A stretch of DNA of 64,000 bases from the NCBI GenBank assembly GCA_964451165.1, contig CAYVGJ010000005.1:85695-149694 (forward strand), in the 5' to 3' direction. The notes beneath the pieces are model-generated. The model was given only the letters and a program-made list of their open reading frames with translations. It was not told the DNA's origin and made no database searches. Below, piece by piece: positions 31,029 to 40,191 of this stretch. Both the position numbers and the translations under genes were made by a program. This DNA is from an uncultured bacterium (GTDB lineage Bacteria > Auribacterota > Auribacteria > Auribacterales > Auribacteraceae). The number at the start of each line of letters is the position of its first letter. The stretch's first letter is position 1.

Positions 31029-31997
31029 TCAAGGTATGGATGTTGCGGATAGAATTTCCTTTATTTTCGGCATCGCTTCTATTGCCGCCGTTTCACCATG
31101 TTTTATAATATTTGGAGCTTTATTAAACTCAAACATGGATATATGCCCAAAATCAGGAGATAAAAGAATATCTATTTTAGTATCGTAAAGTTGAGAAGCG
31201 GCTATTCTCTCCTCAGCTATATAGACTGTTTGCAACAAAACATCAATTATATTTGGAGTCCAATGGTTCTTTTTTTGCTTAAACAGGTTAAACGGGAAAA
31301 ACCCAATGCTTGATCTATCAAACATTTTGTAAAATAAAGGGTTATCCTGTGATTCATTTTTATCTGATTTTTCTACAATACCCTCTTTTTTATTTCTCAT
31401 AAATTGAGTATAATTTTTTACGTTTCTCGTTACATTAACCGCAATTACTATATCCGCTCCCATATTACGAACTATGTTTGCCGGAACCGGATTAACCAAT
31501 CCGCCATCCACAAGAAACCTGTTATTATACTTAACCGGCACAAATAACCCCGGAAACGATGCACTTGCACGCATCGCTTTGCGCAATAAGCCCTCTCTGA
31601 TTATCACTTCTTCACCAGTACATATATCTGAACAAACAACACTTAACGGTATTTTTAAATCCGAAAAGGTAATGTCTCCGACAATTTTTTTCATAATTCG
31701 CTCCATACTATTGCCGCCAAACAAGCCGGACATTGAAAACGATGGATTTGCGATTCGCATAATTTTTTTCAATGGAAAATCAAGCGCAATTTTCTCCATT
31801 TCGTCCGATGTTTTTCCGCTGGCATACGCTCCACCCACAATAGCGCCCATACTCGAACCGGCGATACAATCTATATTTATATTTTCTCTCTCAAGAACTT
31901 TAATAACACCAATATGAGCCAATCCTCTTGAAGTTCCGCAACCTAAGGCCAGACCTATTTTAGGGCGGAACTTATTGATTAAACCGTTTTTTTCCAT
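31029..31997 (-). CDS. Patatin-like phospholipase
   Basis: Oxyanion 'GCGTSRG', nucleophile elbow 'GSSMG' and catalytic 'DGG'. 322 aa. Confidence 0.8.
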   Translation of the reverse strand: MEKNGLINKFRPKIGLALGCGTSRGLAHIGVIKVLERENINIDCIAGSSMGAIVGGAYASGKTSDEMEKIALDFPLKKIMRIANPSFSMSGLFGGNSMERIMKKIVGDITFSDLKIPLSVVCSDICTGEEVIIREGLLRKAMRASASFPGLFVPVKYNNRFLVDGGLVNPVPANIVRNMGADIVIAVNVTRNVKNYTQFMRNKKEGIVEKSDKNESQDNPLFYKMFDRSSIGFFPFNLFKQKKNHWTPNIIDVLLQTVYIAEERIAASQLYDTKIDILLSPDFGHISMFEFNKAPNIIKHGETAAIEAMPKIKEILSATSIP

Positions 31998-32090
31998 TTC
32001 ATCATTCCAAAATTGTTTTTTGTTGACATTTTTTTGCTTTATGCCGATAAAATATATAATTCTATTAATTTTTATAAGGATTTAATAATT

Positions 32091-33497
32091 ATGAGTAATT
32101 CTATTTCAAACAAAAACACAGACAAAGCCGTTAAATTATATGAAAAAGCTAAAGACGCTTTCAAGAGAAATAATCTCGATTACGCTATTAATCTTCTTTT
32201 CACAGTCATAGAATTATCTCCTCAATTCGTTCAAGCACGACATCTTATGCATCTAATTCAAATGAAAAAACTGAAAAAATCAAAAATAATTATTATTACG
32301 CGAATCATCGGCAATATTTTGAGTATACCTGATTACATATGCGGTTTCATCTTATATTCCCAGAGCAAATTTGATAAAGCTATGTTAAAATTAGAAAAAG
32401 TTTTATCCAGAGATCCATCGAACTGCATTATTTTAAAAACAATTGCGGACTGTGCCTTAAAACTTGATATGAACGAAACAGCAATAGATATATTCGAGAC
32501 AATACAATCTATCGATCCAAGAGATTTTAAAAATCTCGAAACGCTCGGATACCTTTATATACGCGAAATTAATAATCTCGATAAAGCGAAAGAATGCTTC
32601 TCGACAATATTACAGTATGACAAAACCAACTCTATCGCAAGAAAAGGTTTAAGCGATGTTGCCGCGTTACAAACCATAAAAGTCGGTAGTTATGATGATC
32701 TTTCAACATCGTTTCTCACAAAAGTAAAAGATCCGGAATACGCGGATATTACCGAGAAAAAATTAAGAGCAGTTAAATCCGACGAAGACCTGCAGATTCT
32801 CATTAAAGAGACTCTCGACGCACATCAAAAAGATCAGAAAAATGTAAAACTAATAATTGAGCTTGCCAATTATTATCTCCAGGGAAAAGATTATAATCTG
32901 GCTATACGATATTATCAGAAAGCACGAAACCTGACTCCCGAAGATTATACCCTCACAAAAATGATTATGGAAGCCGAAACAATGAAACTTGACGAAACAA
33001 TACTTAAACTAATCAAGCATAAAGATATCGATCCCGAATCCGAACAACTCATCGGTGAACTCCAGGAACTGCGTTCCCAGACAGTTCTAAAATATTTGCG
33101 TGAAATGATAGCCGAGCGCCCAACAGACAGAGAACTCCATTACCAACTGGGAAGAGTTTATTTTGAGACATATCAGTTAGACGAAGCATTAAAAGAATTC
33201 CAGGTCGCCGTGAATGAACCTCGGCTCAGGCTCAGATCGTATAATTATCTCGGTTTATGTTTTAATGAAAAGAAAATGTTTGATATCGCAGAAGTACAAT
33301 TTAATACGGCTCTTAAAGAACTGGTTCGAACCGGTATTATGGATCAATTCACAAAAGAAGTTATGTATAATTTAGCTACCGTATATGAAAATATGGGACA
33401 ATTCGGCCTTGCCGTAGAAAAATTCAAAGAAATCTACAAAGTCGATATTGGTTTTAAAGACGTCGCTCAAAAGATAAATAAAACATACAATAGATAA
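32091..33497 (+). CDS. TPR-repeat protein
   Basis: Multiple TPR units throughout. Likely start at 'MSNSISNK' (32091), internal to the track ORF. Confidence 0.55.
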   Translation: MSNSISNKNTDKAVKLYEKAKDAFKRNNLDYAINLLFTVIELSPQFVQARHLMHLIQMKKLKKSKIIIITRIIGNILSIPDYICGFILYSQSKFDKAMLKLEKVLSRDPSNCIILKTIADCALKLDMNETAIDIFETIQSIDPRDFKNLETLGYLYIREINNLDKAKECFSTILQYDKTNSIARKGLSDVAALQTIKVGSYDDLSTSFLTKVKDPEYADITEKKLRAVKSDEDLQILIKETLDAHQKDQKNVKLIIELANYYLQGKDYNLAIRYYQKARNLTPEDYTLTKMIMEAETMKLDETILKLIKHKDIDPESEQLIGELQELRSQTVLKYLREMIAERPTDRELHYQLGRVYFETYQLDEALKEFQVAVNEPRLRLRSYNYLGLCFNEKKMFDIAEVQFNTALKELVRTGIMDQFTKEVMYNLATVYENMGQFGLAVEKFKEIYKVDIGFKDVAQKINKTYNR

Positions 33498-33498
33498 T

Positions 33499-35760
33499 TT
33501 ACCACATATAATAGGGATCAACATCCACACCTATTTTGATCCCGTACAATTTATCGCATTTGCTCATCGCCAATCTGATACATTTATTGATATCATAAAT
33601 ATTTTCGGATTTAATCATTATATTCCAGTAATAACTCTCATTTTTTTTGTGCACAACAGCCGGAAAAGGCCCTTTTATGTCACATGATACAGGTTTTGTT
33701 CTCTGAATCAATTTTGCCAGCTGAACTCCAGTCCATTCTCCCTTTTTCTTATCTTTACCAGAGATGATTATATTTATAAACCTGCAATATGGCGGATACC
33801 TGAGACTTTTTCTCGCGGATAGCTCACCTGTTACAAAAAGATGATAATCCTGTTTTACCGCGCAAGTTACAGACGGATGAGACTGCATGAAAGTCTGAAT
33901 AACCACCTCACCCGGCAACTCGCCTCTACCCGCTCTTCCCGATACCTGAGTCAATATCTGAAATGTGAGTTCAGATGCCCTGAAATCAGGCAGTTTCAAC
34001 GAGGATTCGGCAAGAATAACACCGACAAGTGTAACTCTCGGGAAATCAAGGCCTTTAGCAATCATCTGTGTGCCGATCAATATATCCGCTTTACCCCTTT
34101 TGAATTGATTAAGTAGCTCAAAATGAGAATTTTTCTGTGTCGTTGTATCCGAATCCATACGTAATACTCTTGCTTCAGGAAATGACGATTTTAATATCCG
34201 CTCCACTTTCTGTGTCCCCATACCGGTATATTTCAACTCGGTACTTCCGCATTTTACGCAGAAAACCGGGCGCGGTATCATATATCCGCAAAAATGGCAT
34301 GTTAATTTTTCTATACTTTTGTGATATGTCAGCGATAAAGAACAACTCGGACATTCATACACATATCCGCAATGCTGGCACATCGCCATTGATGAAAATC
34401 CTCTCCGGTTTAAGAAAAGGATGATCTGTTCTCCTTTTTCCAATCTATCCCGTATTTTTTCGCGCAAGGGATATGTCAACACAACCCATTGTTTTTCTTC
34501 TTTTACTTCTTTTGCCAGATCAACAACATGAATCAAAGGCATCGGACGATTATCTACGCGTGACGGCAATTCCAGCAAATTGTATTTACCCGCTTGATAA
34601 TTATGGATTGATTCCAAAGAAGGTGTCGCGCTACCTAAAATTACAGGTATTTTTGCCATCTTAGCCCTCACAACAGACACATCACGTGCATTATAGCGCG
34701 GTGATTCTTCCTGTTTGTAACTGCGTTCATGTTCTTCATCCACAACTATCAATCCCAGATTTTTAAACGGAGCGAAAACCGCCGAGCGCGCGCCAACAAC
34801 AAGTTTCGCTTCACCCGACCTCATCTTTCTCCATTCCTTTTCGCGCTCTATATCTGATAACCTGCTGTGAAAAACAGCTACACAATCTCCAAACCGTTTA
34901 CGAAACCTTTCCTCGGTTTGCGGAGTCAACGAAATTTCTGGAATCAGCATTATCGCCTGTTTACCGTCGTTTATGGTTTTTTCTATCGCTCGTAAATAAA
35001 TTTCCGTCTTTCCGCTCCCAGTGACTCCATGAAGCAAAATACTTGAAAATATATTTGATTTGATAATATCGTAGATCGAATTAAGAACAGATGCCTGATC
35101 ATCCGTTAAATTAGGAACCTTAAGCTGGTCAACATACTTATATTTGCTTGTCTGAATATCTCTCTTTTTCAATTCGGTCTCAGTGAATATTTCCAAATAA
35201 CCTTTTGTTTTCAAAGATTCCAGAACTTTGCGGTCGGTTTTTACTGATTCTTTAATTTCATCAAACGGTATATAGACTTCACTGCGCCTCATTAGATGAG
35301 TCATCAGATCAGCCTGTTTTGTTGCTTTACCCTTAATTAAATCTATAAATTTTATATTCTCTTCCCTGTTCTTTGTAAGAGACAAAAAAATTGAATCGGT
35401 ATTTCGTCTCTTTTTTCCATATTCTTTCAAATAAGAAGGATATACAGCTTTTAAAACCAAACCGAGTGGGCATATATAATATTCGCTCATCCATTTTGCC
35501 AGATCAAATAAATGTGTCTCAAGCAAAACCTGTTCGCCGGATACTTCAATCAATTCTTTCAATTTTTCTATGTTTGACTGGTTGGTAAGCTCGATGACAT
35601 ATCCGTCGAGAACCTTTTCTCCAAAAGGAGCTTTTACTATGCTTCCGGGGAAAATTTTGTCCTGCAGATGAGAAGGAATTATATAATCGAAAGATTTATC
35701 AAGCGCGATTTCAAAAACTACTTTCGCATATTTATTATTCTGTTCAATTGATTGAGGCAT
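33499..35760 (-). CDS. priA: Primosomal protein N' (replication-restart helicase PriA)
   Basis: Walker A 'GVTGSGKTEIY', DEAH-like 'VVDEEHE', and the double CxxC zinc-binding insertion 'CQHCGYVYECPSC...CHFCG...CVKCGS'. Confidence 0.9.
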   Translation of the reverse strand: MPQSIEQNNKYAKVVFEIALDKSFDYIIPSHLQDKIFPGSIVKAPFGEKVLDGYVIELTNQSNIEKLKELIEVSGEQVLLETHLFDLAKWMSEYYICPLGLVLKAVYPSYLKEYGKKRRNTDSIFLSLTKNREENIKFIDLIKGKATKQADLMTHLMRRSEVYIPFDEIKESVKTDRKVLESLKTKGYLEIFTETELKKRDIQTSKYKYVDQLKVPNLTDDQASVLNSIYDIIKSNIFSSILLHGVTGSGKTEIYLRAIEKTINDGKQAIMLIPEISLTPQTEERFRKRFGDCVAVFHSRLSDIEREKEWRKMRSGEAKLVVGARSAVFAPFKNLGLIVVDEEHERSYKQEESPRYNARDVSVVRAKMAKIPVILGSATPSLESIHNYQAGKYNLLELPSRVDNRPMPLIHVVDLAKEVKEEKQWVVLTYPLREKIRDRLEKGEQIILFLNRRGFSSMAMCQHCGYVYECPSCSLSLTYHKSIEKLTCHFCGYMIPRPVFCVKCGSTELKYTGMGTQKVERILKSSFPEARVLRMDSDTTTQKNSHFELLNQFKRGKADILIGTQMIAKGLDFPRVTLVGVILAESSLKLPDFRASELTFQILTQVSGRAGRGELPGEVVIQTFMQSHPSVTCAVKQDYHLFVTGELSARKSLRYPPYCRFINIIISGKDKKKGEWTGVQLAKLIQRTKPVSCDIKGPFPAVVHKKNESYYWNIMIKSENIYDINKCIRLAMSKCDKLYGIKIGVDVDPYYMW

Positions 35761-35783
35761 AATGATAATTCTTTATTTATAGA

Positions 35784-36557
35784 TTAAGCTTGAAGAGCTT
35801 TCTTGATTTCAAGCATATCTTTCCAGACTTCGCGTTTCATGTTCGGGCTTCTTAAAAGAAAAGAAGGATGATAAGTCGGTATTAAAATACATCCTCTATA
35901 TTCAAGCCGTTTGCCACGCACAGAAGAAATGTTTTTATCGCTTCCAAGCAAAGTTTTTGCGGCAAAAGCACCTAATGCACAAATTACTTTCGGCTGAATT
36001 ATATCAATCTGCCTGAATAGATATGGACTGCAACTCTCAATTTCATCCGGTAAGGGATTCCTATTATCCGGCGGCCTGCATTTAAGAACATTGGCTATAT
36101 ATACCTGTGATCTCTTTAACCCTATCGACTCAATAATTTTTGTTAATAACTGACCTGCTTTTCCGACAAATGGAATACCCTGAATATCTTCATCCCGTCC
36201 CGGAGCTTCACCAACAAACAGAAGATCTGCATCGGGGTTTCCTATACCAAATACGATATGCGTTCTATTATCCGCAAGCTGTAAACATCGCCTGCATTTC
36301 CCATCACCATTATTGATCTGCGCATAAAGAGAATCGAGCAATTCTTGTTTATTCTCGACTGAAAGTTTTGTTTCAGAATCAAGTTTTGTTTCCCGATCGA
36401 TTTGTTTCATTTCATCATCGAAATTAGAATCTGAATCGCCTAAAAACATTTGTGATTCATGCAAAACAGCAGGCAAAATATATGGTCTACCGTTCGATTT
36501 TGCCTGATTGAAATAAAGTTTCAGTCTATTAATTAAATCCGATACAGTTTCACCCAT
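35784..36557 (-). CDS. Uracil-DNA glycosylase, family 4-like
   Basis: 'GEAPGRDEDIQGIPFVGKAG' and 'HPSFLLR' family-4 motifs, plus upstream 'CRRC' cysteines. About 75 aa N-terminal extension. Confidence 0.7.
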   Translation of the reverse strand: MGETVSDLINRLKLYFNQAKSNGRPYILPAVLHESQMFLGDSDSNFDDEMKQIDRETKLDSETKLSVENKQELLDSLYAQINNGDGKCRRCLQLADNRTHIVFGIGNPDADLLFVGEAPGRDEDIQGIPFVGKAGQLLTKIIESIGLKRSQVYIANVLKCRPPDNRNPLPDEIESCSPYLFRQIDIIQPKVICALGAFAAKTLLGSDKNISSVRGKRLEYRGCILIPTYHPSFLLRSPNMKREVWKDMLEIKKALQA

Positions 36558-37515
36558 TTTGATTCTTGTACCAGTTCACAGTTAGCTGAAGACCTTCCTT
36601 CATCATAATTTCCGGTGAAAAGTTCAGGATTTCTTTCGCTTTTTGTATGCCGGCAAGAGAATGTTTTATATCACCCGCTCTAACAGGAAGATATGTAGGT
36701 TTTACGTTTTTCCCTAATATCTCATTTATCATATCGACAAGAGAATTCAGCGAAATACTGTCGTTACATGCTATATTAACTACCTCACCAAAATATCCAT
36801 CAAGTTTGGATTCCGCGGCAAGAATATTTGCCTTAACCACATTAATCACATAAGTAAAATCCCTGGTTTGTTCACCATCACCAAATATAGTTGGGTTTTG
36901 ATCGTTCAGAATCATTTTGATAAATTTTGGAATTACTGCCGCATATTCGGATGCCGGATCCTGATTAGGTCCGAATACGTTGAAGTAACGCAAGGAAATC
37001 GTCTCCAAACCGTATAACTGAAAAAATACCTTACTGTAATATTCTCCGGTCAACTTGTGTATCCCATAAGGAGATATCGGATTCGGAATCATCGTTTCTA
37101 CTTTCGGCATTACCGGTGAATCACCATAAATTGATGAAGATGACGTAAAAACAACTCTTTTGACCTTGGCGTCTCTTGCGGCAATCAATAAATTCAGTGT
37201 TCCGTTTATGTTTACATCATTTGTTAAATCAGGCAATAACACCGATCTTGGAACAGAAGGTATCGCGGCAAGATGGAGTATATAATCAATTCCATCTACC
37301 GCTTTTTTCAACGTTTTTATATTTCTTATATCGCCTTGAATAAACTCGATTTTATCCATCAGTGTATTTAGGTTAATCATTCTGCCTGAAGACAAATCGT
37401 CAATCACTCTTACTTTGTCTAATCCCCTGTTAACCAAAAACCTGACGATATTCGAACCGATAAATCCAGCGCCGCCGGTAACAAGATAGTTTGCCATTAA
37501 GTCATGCCTCCTCAA
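36550..37515 (-). CDS. NAD-dependent epimerase/dehydratase (UDP-sugar 4-epimerase-like SDR)
   Basis: 'VTGGAGFIGS' and catalytic 'YGIHK' (YxxxK). Confidence 0.75.
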   Translation of the reverse strand: MRRHDLMANYLVTGGAGFIGSNIVRFLVNRGLDKVRVIDDLSSGRMINLNTLMDKIEFIQGDIRNIKTLKKAVDGIDYILHLAAIPSVPRSVLLPDLTNDVNINGTLNLLIAARDAKVKRVVFTSSSSIYGDSPVMPKVETMIPNPISPYGIHKLTGEYYSKVFFQLYGLETISLRYFNVFGPNQDPASEYAAVIPKFIKMILNDQNPTIFGDGEQTRDFTYVINVVKANILAAESKLDGYFGEVVNIACNDSISLNSLVDMINEILGKNVKPTYLPVRAGDIKHSLAGIQKAKEILNFSPEIMMKEGLQLTVNWYKNQNG

Positions 37516-38912
37516 AGTAATATTACGTTTTGTTTTTCCAGGTTTATTTTTTCAGTAACGTTTTTTGCGTCAAGAATTAAAGATGCATTCTTTACAATCA
37601 GCTCGAAATCGATATTAGAATGATCCATAAGTATTACCACGATATCAACCCAGCTTATCATTTCCGAAGTCAACTCTATCGAGCTCAATGGAAATCCTTT
37701 ATTGACAAGTTCAATATCAGGCACAAAATTATCGTGGTAATAAATATTTGCGCCTTTATCCAGCAAAATGTTTATTATTTCTACCGATTGAGCCTCATTC
37801 CATTCACTTATATCTCTTTTATTAGCTACTCCCACAATCAATATATTTGAGCCGTTCACACATTTTTTTCGTGAATTCAACGAATCAGTTATTCTGTTTA
37901 TTATATAATCACGAGTTATAAGAGTGTTTATTTCGATTGAAAAATCGATTATGTCGTTTTTTAATTCGGTAAAATCTTTTTTCCACGTTAGTGAAAACGG
38001 TTCGGTATTATATTTTGAATAAGACCCGTAACCAGGATTTGGAAGAAACCTGAAATACTCGAACGGATTTGATTTAACTGCTTTTATTACTTCCCAAACA
38101 TTTACGCCAAGAGTGTTGCACATAATCATAAACTGGTTTACTAACGCAAGGTTGACCCATTTATGTGAGTTTTCCAGATATTTTACCATCTCAGCTGTAG
38201 TGGTTGATGATACTTCCACTATTTGTTTCAAAATTTGAGAAAACAACACTTGAGCAAGAATTTTACTCTCTGATGTCATACCGGAAATAACACGGGGAAT
38301 AAGAGATAATTTGACATTTTTATTTCCCGGATCAATCCGTTCAGGCGCGACAGATAAATAATAATCCCGGTTTATTTTGCGGTTCTGCTCTTCAAATAAT
38401 GGGAAAACTACCTCTGCGCAAGTACCTGGAGCCATCGCGTTATCCATAATAATAAGCTGAGTTTTCTTCATGCCACTTATTATATTTTCTATTACCGCCA
38501 TAAGAAAAGACACATCTTTATTCTTCGGATAAGTAGTCGGTATCTGATCGCTTATTATTACGACATCATTTTCTGAAAGAATATTTAAATCATACGCGGC
38601 AAAGAATTTATCATTGGATATTACTTTTTTCAAATCATCATCAGTAACATTTTCTATATATGATTCTCCGGAATTGAGTTTTTTTACTTTTTTCCTGTCA
38701 AATTCGATTCCCGTCACCGTATATCCAGCGTTGGCAAAAGCGACAGCAAGCTGCAATCCGGAATATCCCAACCCAACAATTCCAATTGATAAATTTTTTG
38801 ATTCGATCAATCTTTTAAATTTATCGAATTCAACAACTGTAGAAACCGGTTCAGACTCTTTGCGCAGATTTATAAATAACTTATCGTCCGATACTTTTAT
38901 ATATGAATCCAT
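37512..38912 (-). CDS. UDP-sugar dehydrogenase-family paralog (WecC/WbpA/TviB-like fold), apparently lacking the catalytic Cys
   Basis: Rossmann 'GIVGLGYSG' and a C-terminal UDP-binding domain 'IVGVANKRDISEW'. The active-site segment reads 'PNPGYGSYSKYN' where the family has 'PGxGVGGHCI'. Confidence 0.6.
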   Translation of the reverse strand: MDSYIKVSDDKLFINLRKESEPVSTVVEFDKFKRLIESKNLSIGIVGLGYSGLQLAVAFANAGYTVTGIEFDRKKVKKLNSGESYIENVTDDDLKKVISNDKFFAAYDLNILSENDVVIISDQIPTTYPKNKDVSFLMAVIENIISGMKKTQLIIMDNAMAPGTCAEVVFPLFEEQNRKINRDYYLSVAPERIDPGNKNVKLSLIPRVISGMTSESKILAQVLFSQILKQIVEVSSTTTAEMVKYLENSHKWVNLALVNQFMIMCNTLGVNVWEVIKAVKSNPFEYFRFLPNPGYGSYSKYNTEPFSLTWKKDFTELKNDIIDFSIEINTLITRDYIINRITDSLNSRKKCVNGSNILIVGVANKRDISEWNEAQSVEIINILLDKGANIYYHDNFVPDIELVNKGFPLSSIELTSEMISWVDIVVILMDHSNIDFELIVKNASLILDAKNVTEKINLEKQNVILL

Positions 38913-40173
38913 GTTCTACCATTTTAGCGGGTGAATACAAGTTTCTTCCGTCGATTATTATAGGATGAACCATTAAATTTCTGACTTTTTCCATATCCAT
39001 ATCGGCAAACTCTTGCCATTCCGTTACAAGAATAATTGCTTCTGCGTCTTTCGCGACCTCGTACGGGCTTGAGCAATATTGAACATTTTCAATAATTTTC
39101 TTTGCGTTTTCCATTGCCTGAGGGTCATACACTTTTATAACAGCGCCTTCTTTTTGCAGAGTTTTTATTATCTCAATCGCCGGAGCGTTTCGCATATCAT
39201 CAGTATTAGGTTTAAAGGCTAATCCAAGTATACCTATTACTTTATCTTTAATTACCCATAAAGTCTCTTCGATCTTTTTTATAAAATGCTGAACCTGCTC
39301 TCTATTAATGTCCTCGACAACCTTTAAAATTCTAAAATCATATCCAAGCTCTTCCGCTATTCTTATGAACGCCGATACATCTTTCGGAAAACATGAACCA
39401 CCGTATCCAATACCAGCATTGAGAAAACTTCTTCCTATTCTTTTATCCAACCCCATTCCTAATGCTACTTCTTCAACATTCGCGCCTGATTTTTCGCAAA
39501 TATTAGCAATTGAATTAATAAATGATATTTTTGTAGCGAGAAACGCGTTTGATGCATGTTTTATAAGTTCAGCGCTTTTTATATCCGTAACAATAACCGG
39601 GGCGTTGAACGGCGCGTATATCTCGCGCATAATTTTTTCCGCTCTCTTGTTATCAACACCTATCACTATACGATCCATTTTCAGAGTATCTTCAACAGCG
39701 GATCCTTCACGTAAAAATTCAGGATTCGATACGACATCAAAATCAATTTTTTTCTTGTTATATCGTTGAATCGTTTCAGCAACCTTTTCACCCGTTTTTA
39801 CCGGAACCGTACTTTTATCGACTATAACCTTATATGATGTCATTAATGAAGCTATTTCCCTGGCGACTTTCTCCACATATGTAAGATCGGCTTGTCCGTT
39901 TGATTTTGGCGGTGTATTTACGCATACAAATATCACGGAACTTTCTTCCACAGCTTCTTTTATATCAGATGAAAAACGCAGTCTTCCCTCTTCAATGTTT
40001 TTTCTCATTAATTCTTCAAGCCCCGGTTCATATATCGGCACGATATTCTGTTTGAGCTTTTTTAATTTTTCTTCATCATTGTCAATGCACAATACATTAT
40101 GGCCTACTTCAGATAGACAAACACCCGTCACAAGACCGACATAACCAGTGCCAATAATGGAAATCTTCATCAA
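38881..40173 (-). CDS. ugd: UDP-glucose 6-dehydrogenase
   Basis: 'IGTGYVGLV', catalytic 'GYGGSCFPKDV' and 'GLAFKPNTDDMRNAP'. 430 aa. Confidence 0.85.
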   Translation of the reverse strand: MMKISIIGTGYVGLVTGVCLSEVGHNVLCIDNDEEKLKKLKQNIVPIYEPGLEELMRKNIEEGRLRFSSDIKEAVEESSVIFVCVNTPPKSNGQADLTYVEKVAREIASLMTSYKVIVDKSTVPVKTGEKVAETIQRYNKKKIDFDVVSNPEFLREGSAVEDTLKMDRIVIGVDNKRAEKIMREIYAPFNAPVIVTDIKSAELIKHASNAFLATKISFINSIANICEKSGANVEEVALGMGLDKRIGRSFLNAGIGYGGSCFPKDVSAFIRIAEELGYDFRILKVVEDINREQVQHFIKKIEETLWVIKDKVIGILGLAFKPNTDDMRNAPAIEIIKTLQKEGAVIKVYDPQAMENAKKIIENVQYCSSPYEVAKDAEAIILVTEWQEFADMDMEKVRNLMVHPIIIDGRNLYSPAKMVEHGFIYKSIGR

Positions 40174-40191
40174 CTATCTCCCTTCTAAATA

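Noticed and set aside
39308-39769. 153-aa plus-strand ORF inside ugd
   Set aside because: Antisense to the conserved Ugd active-site region. No RBS, and serine/phenylalanine-rich antisense-type composition.
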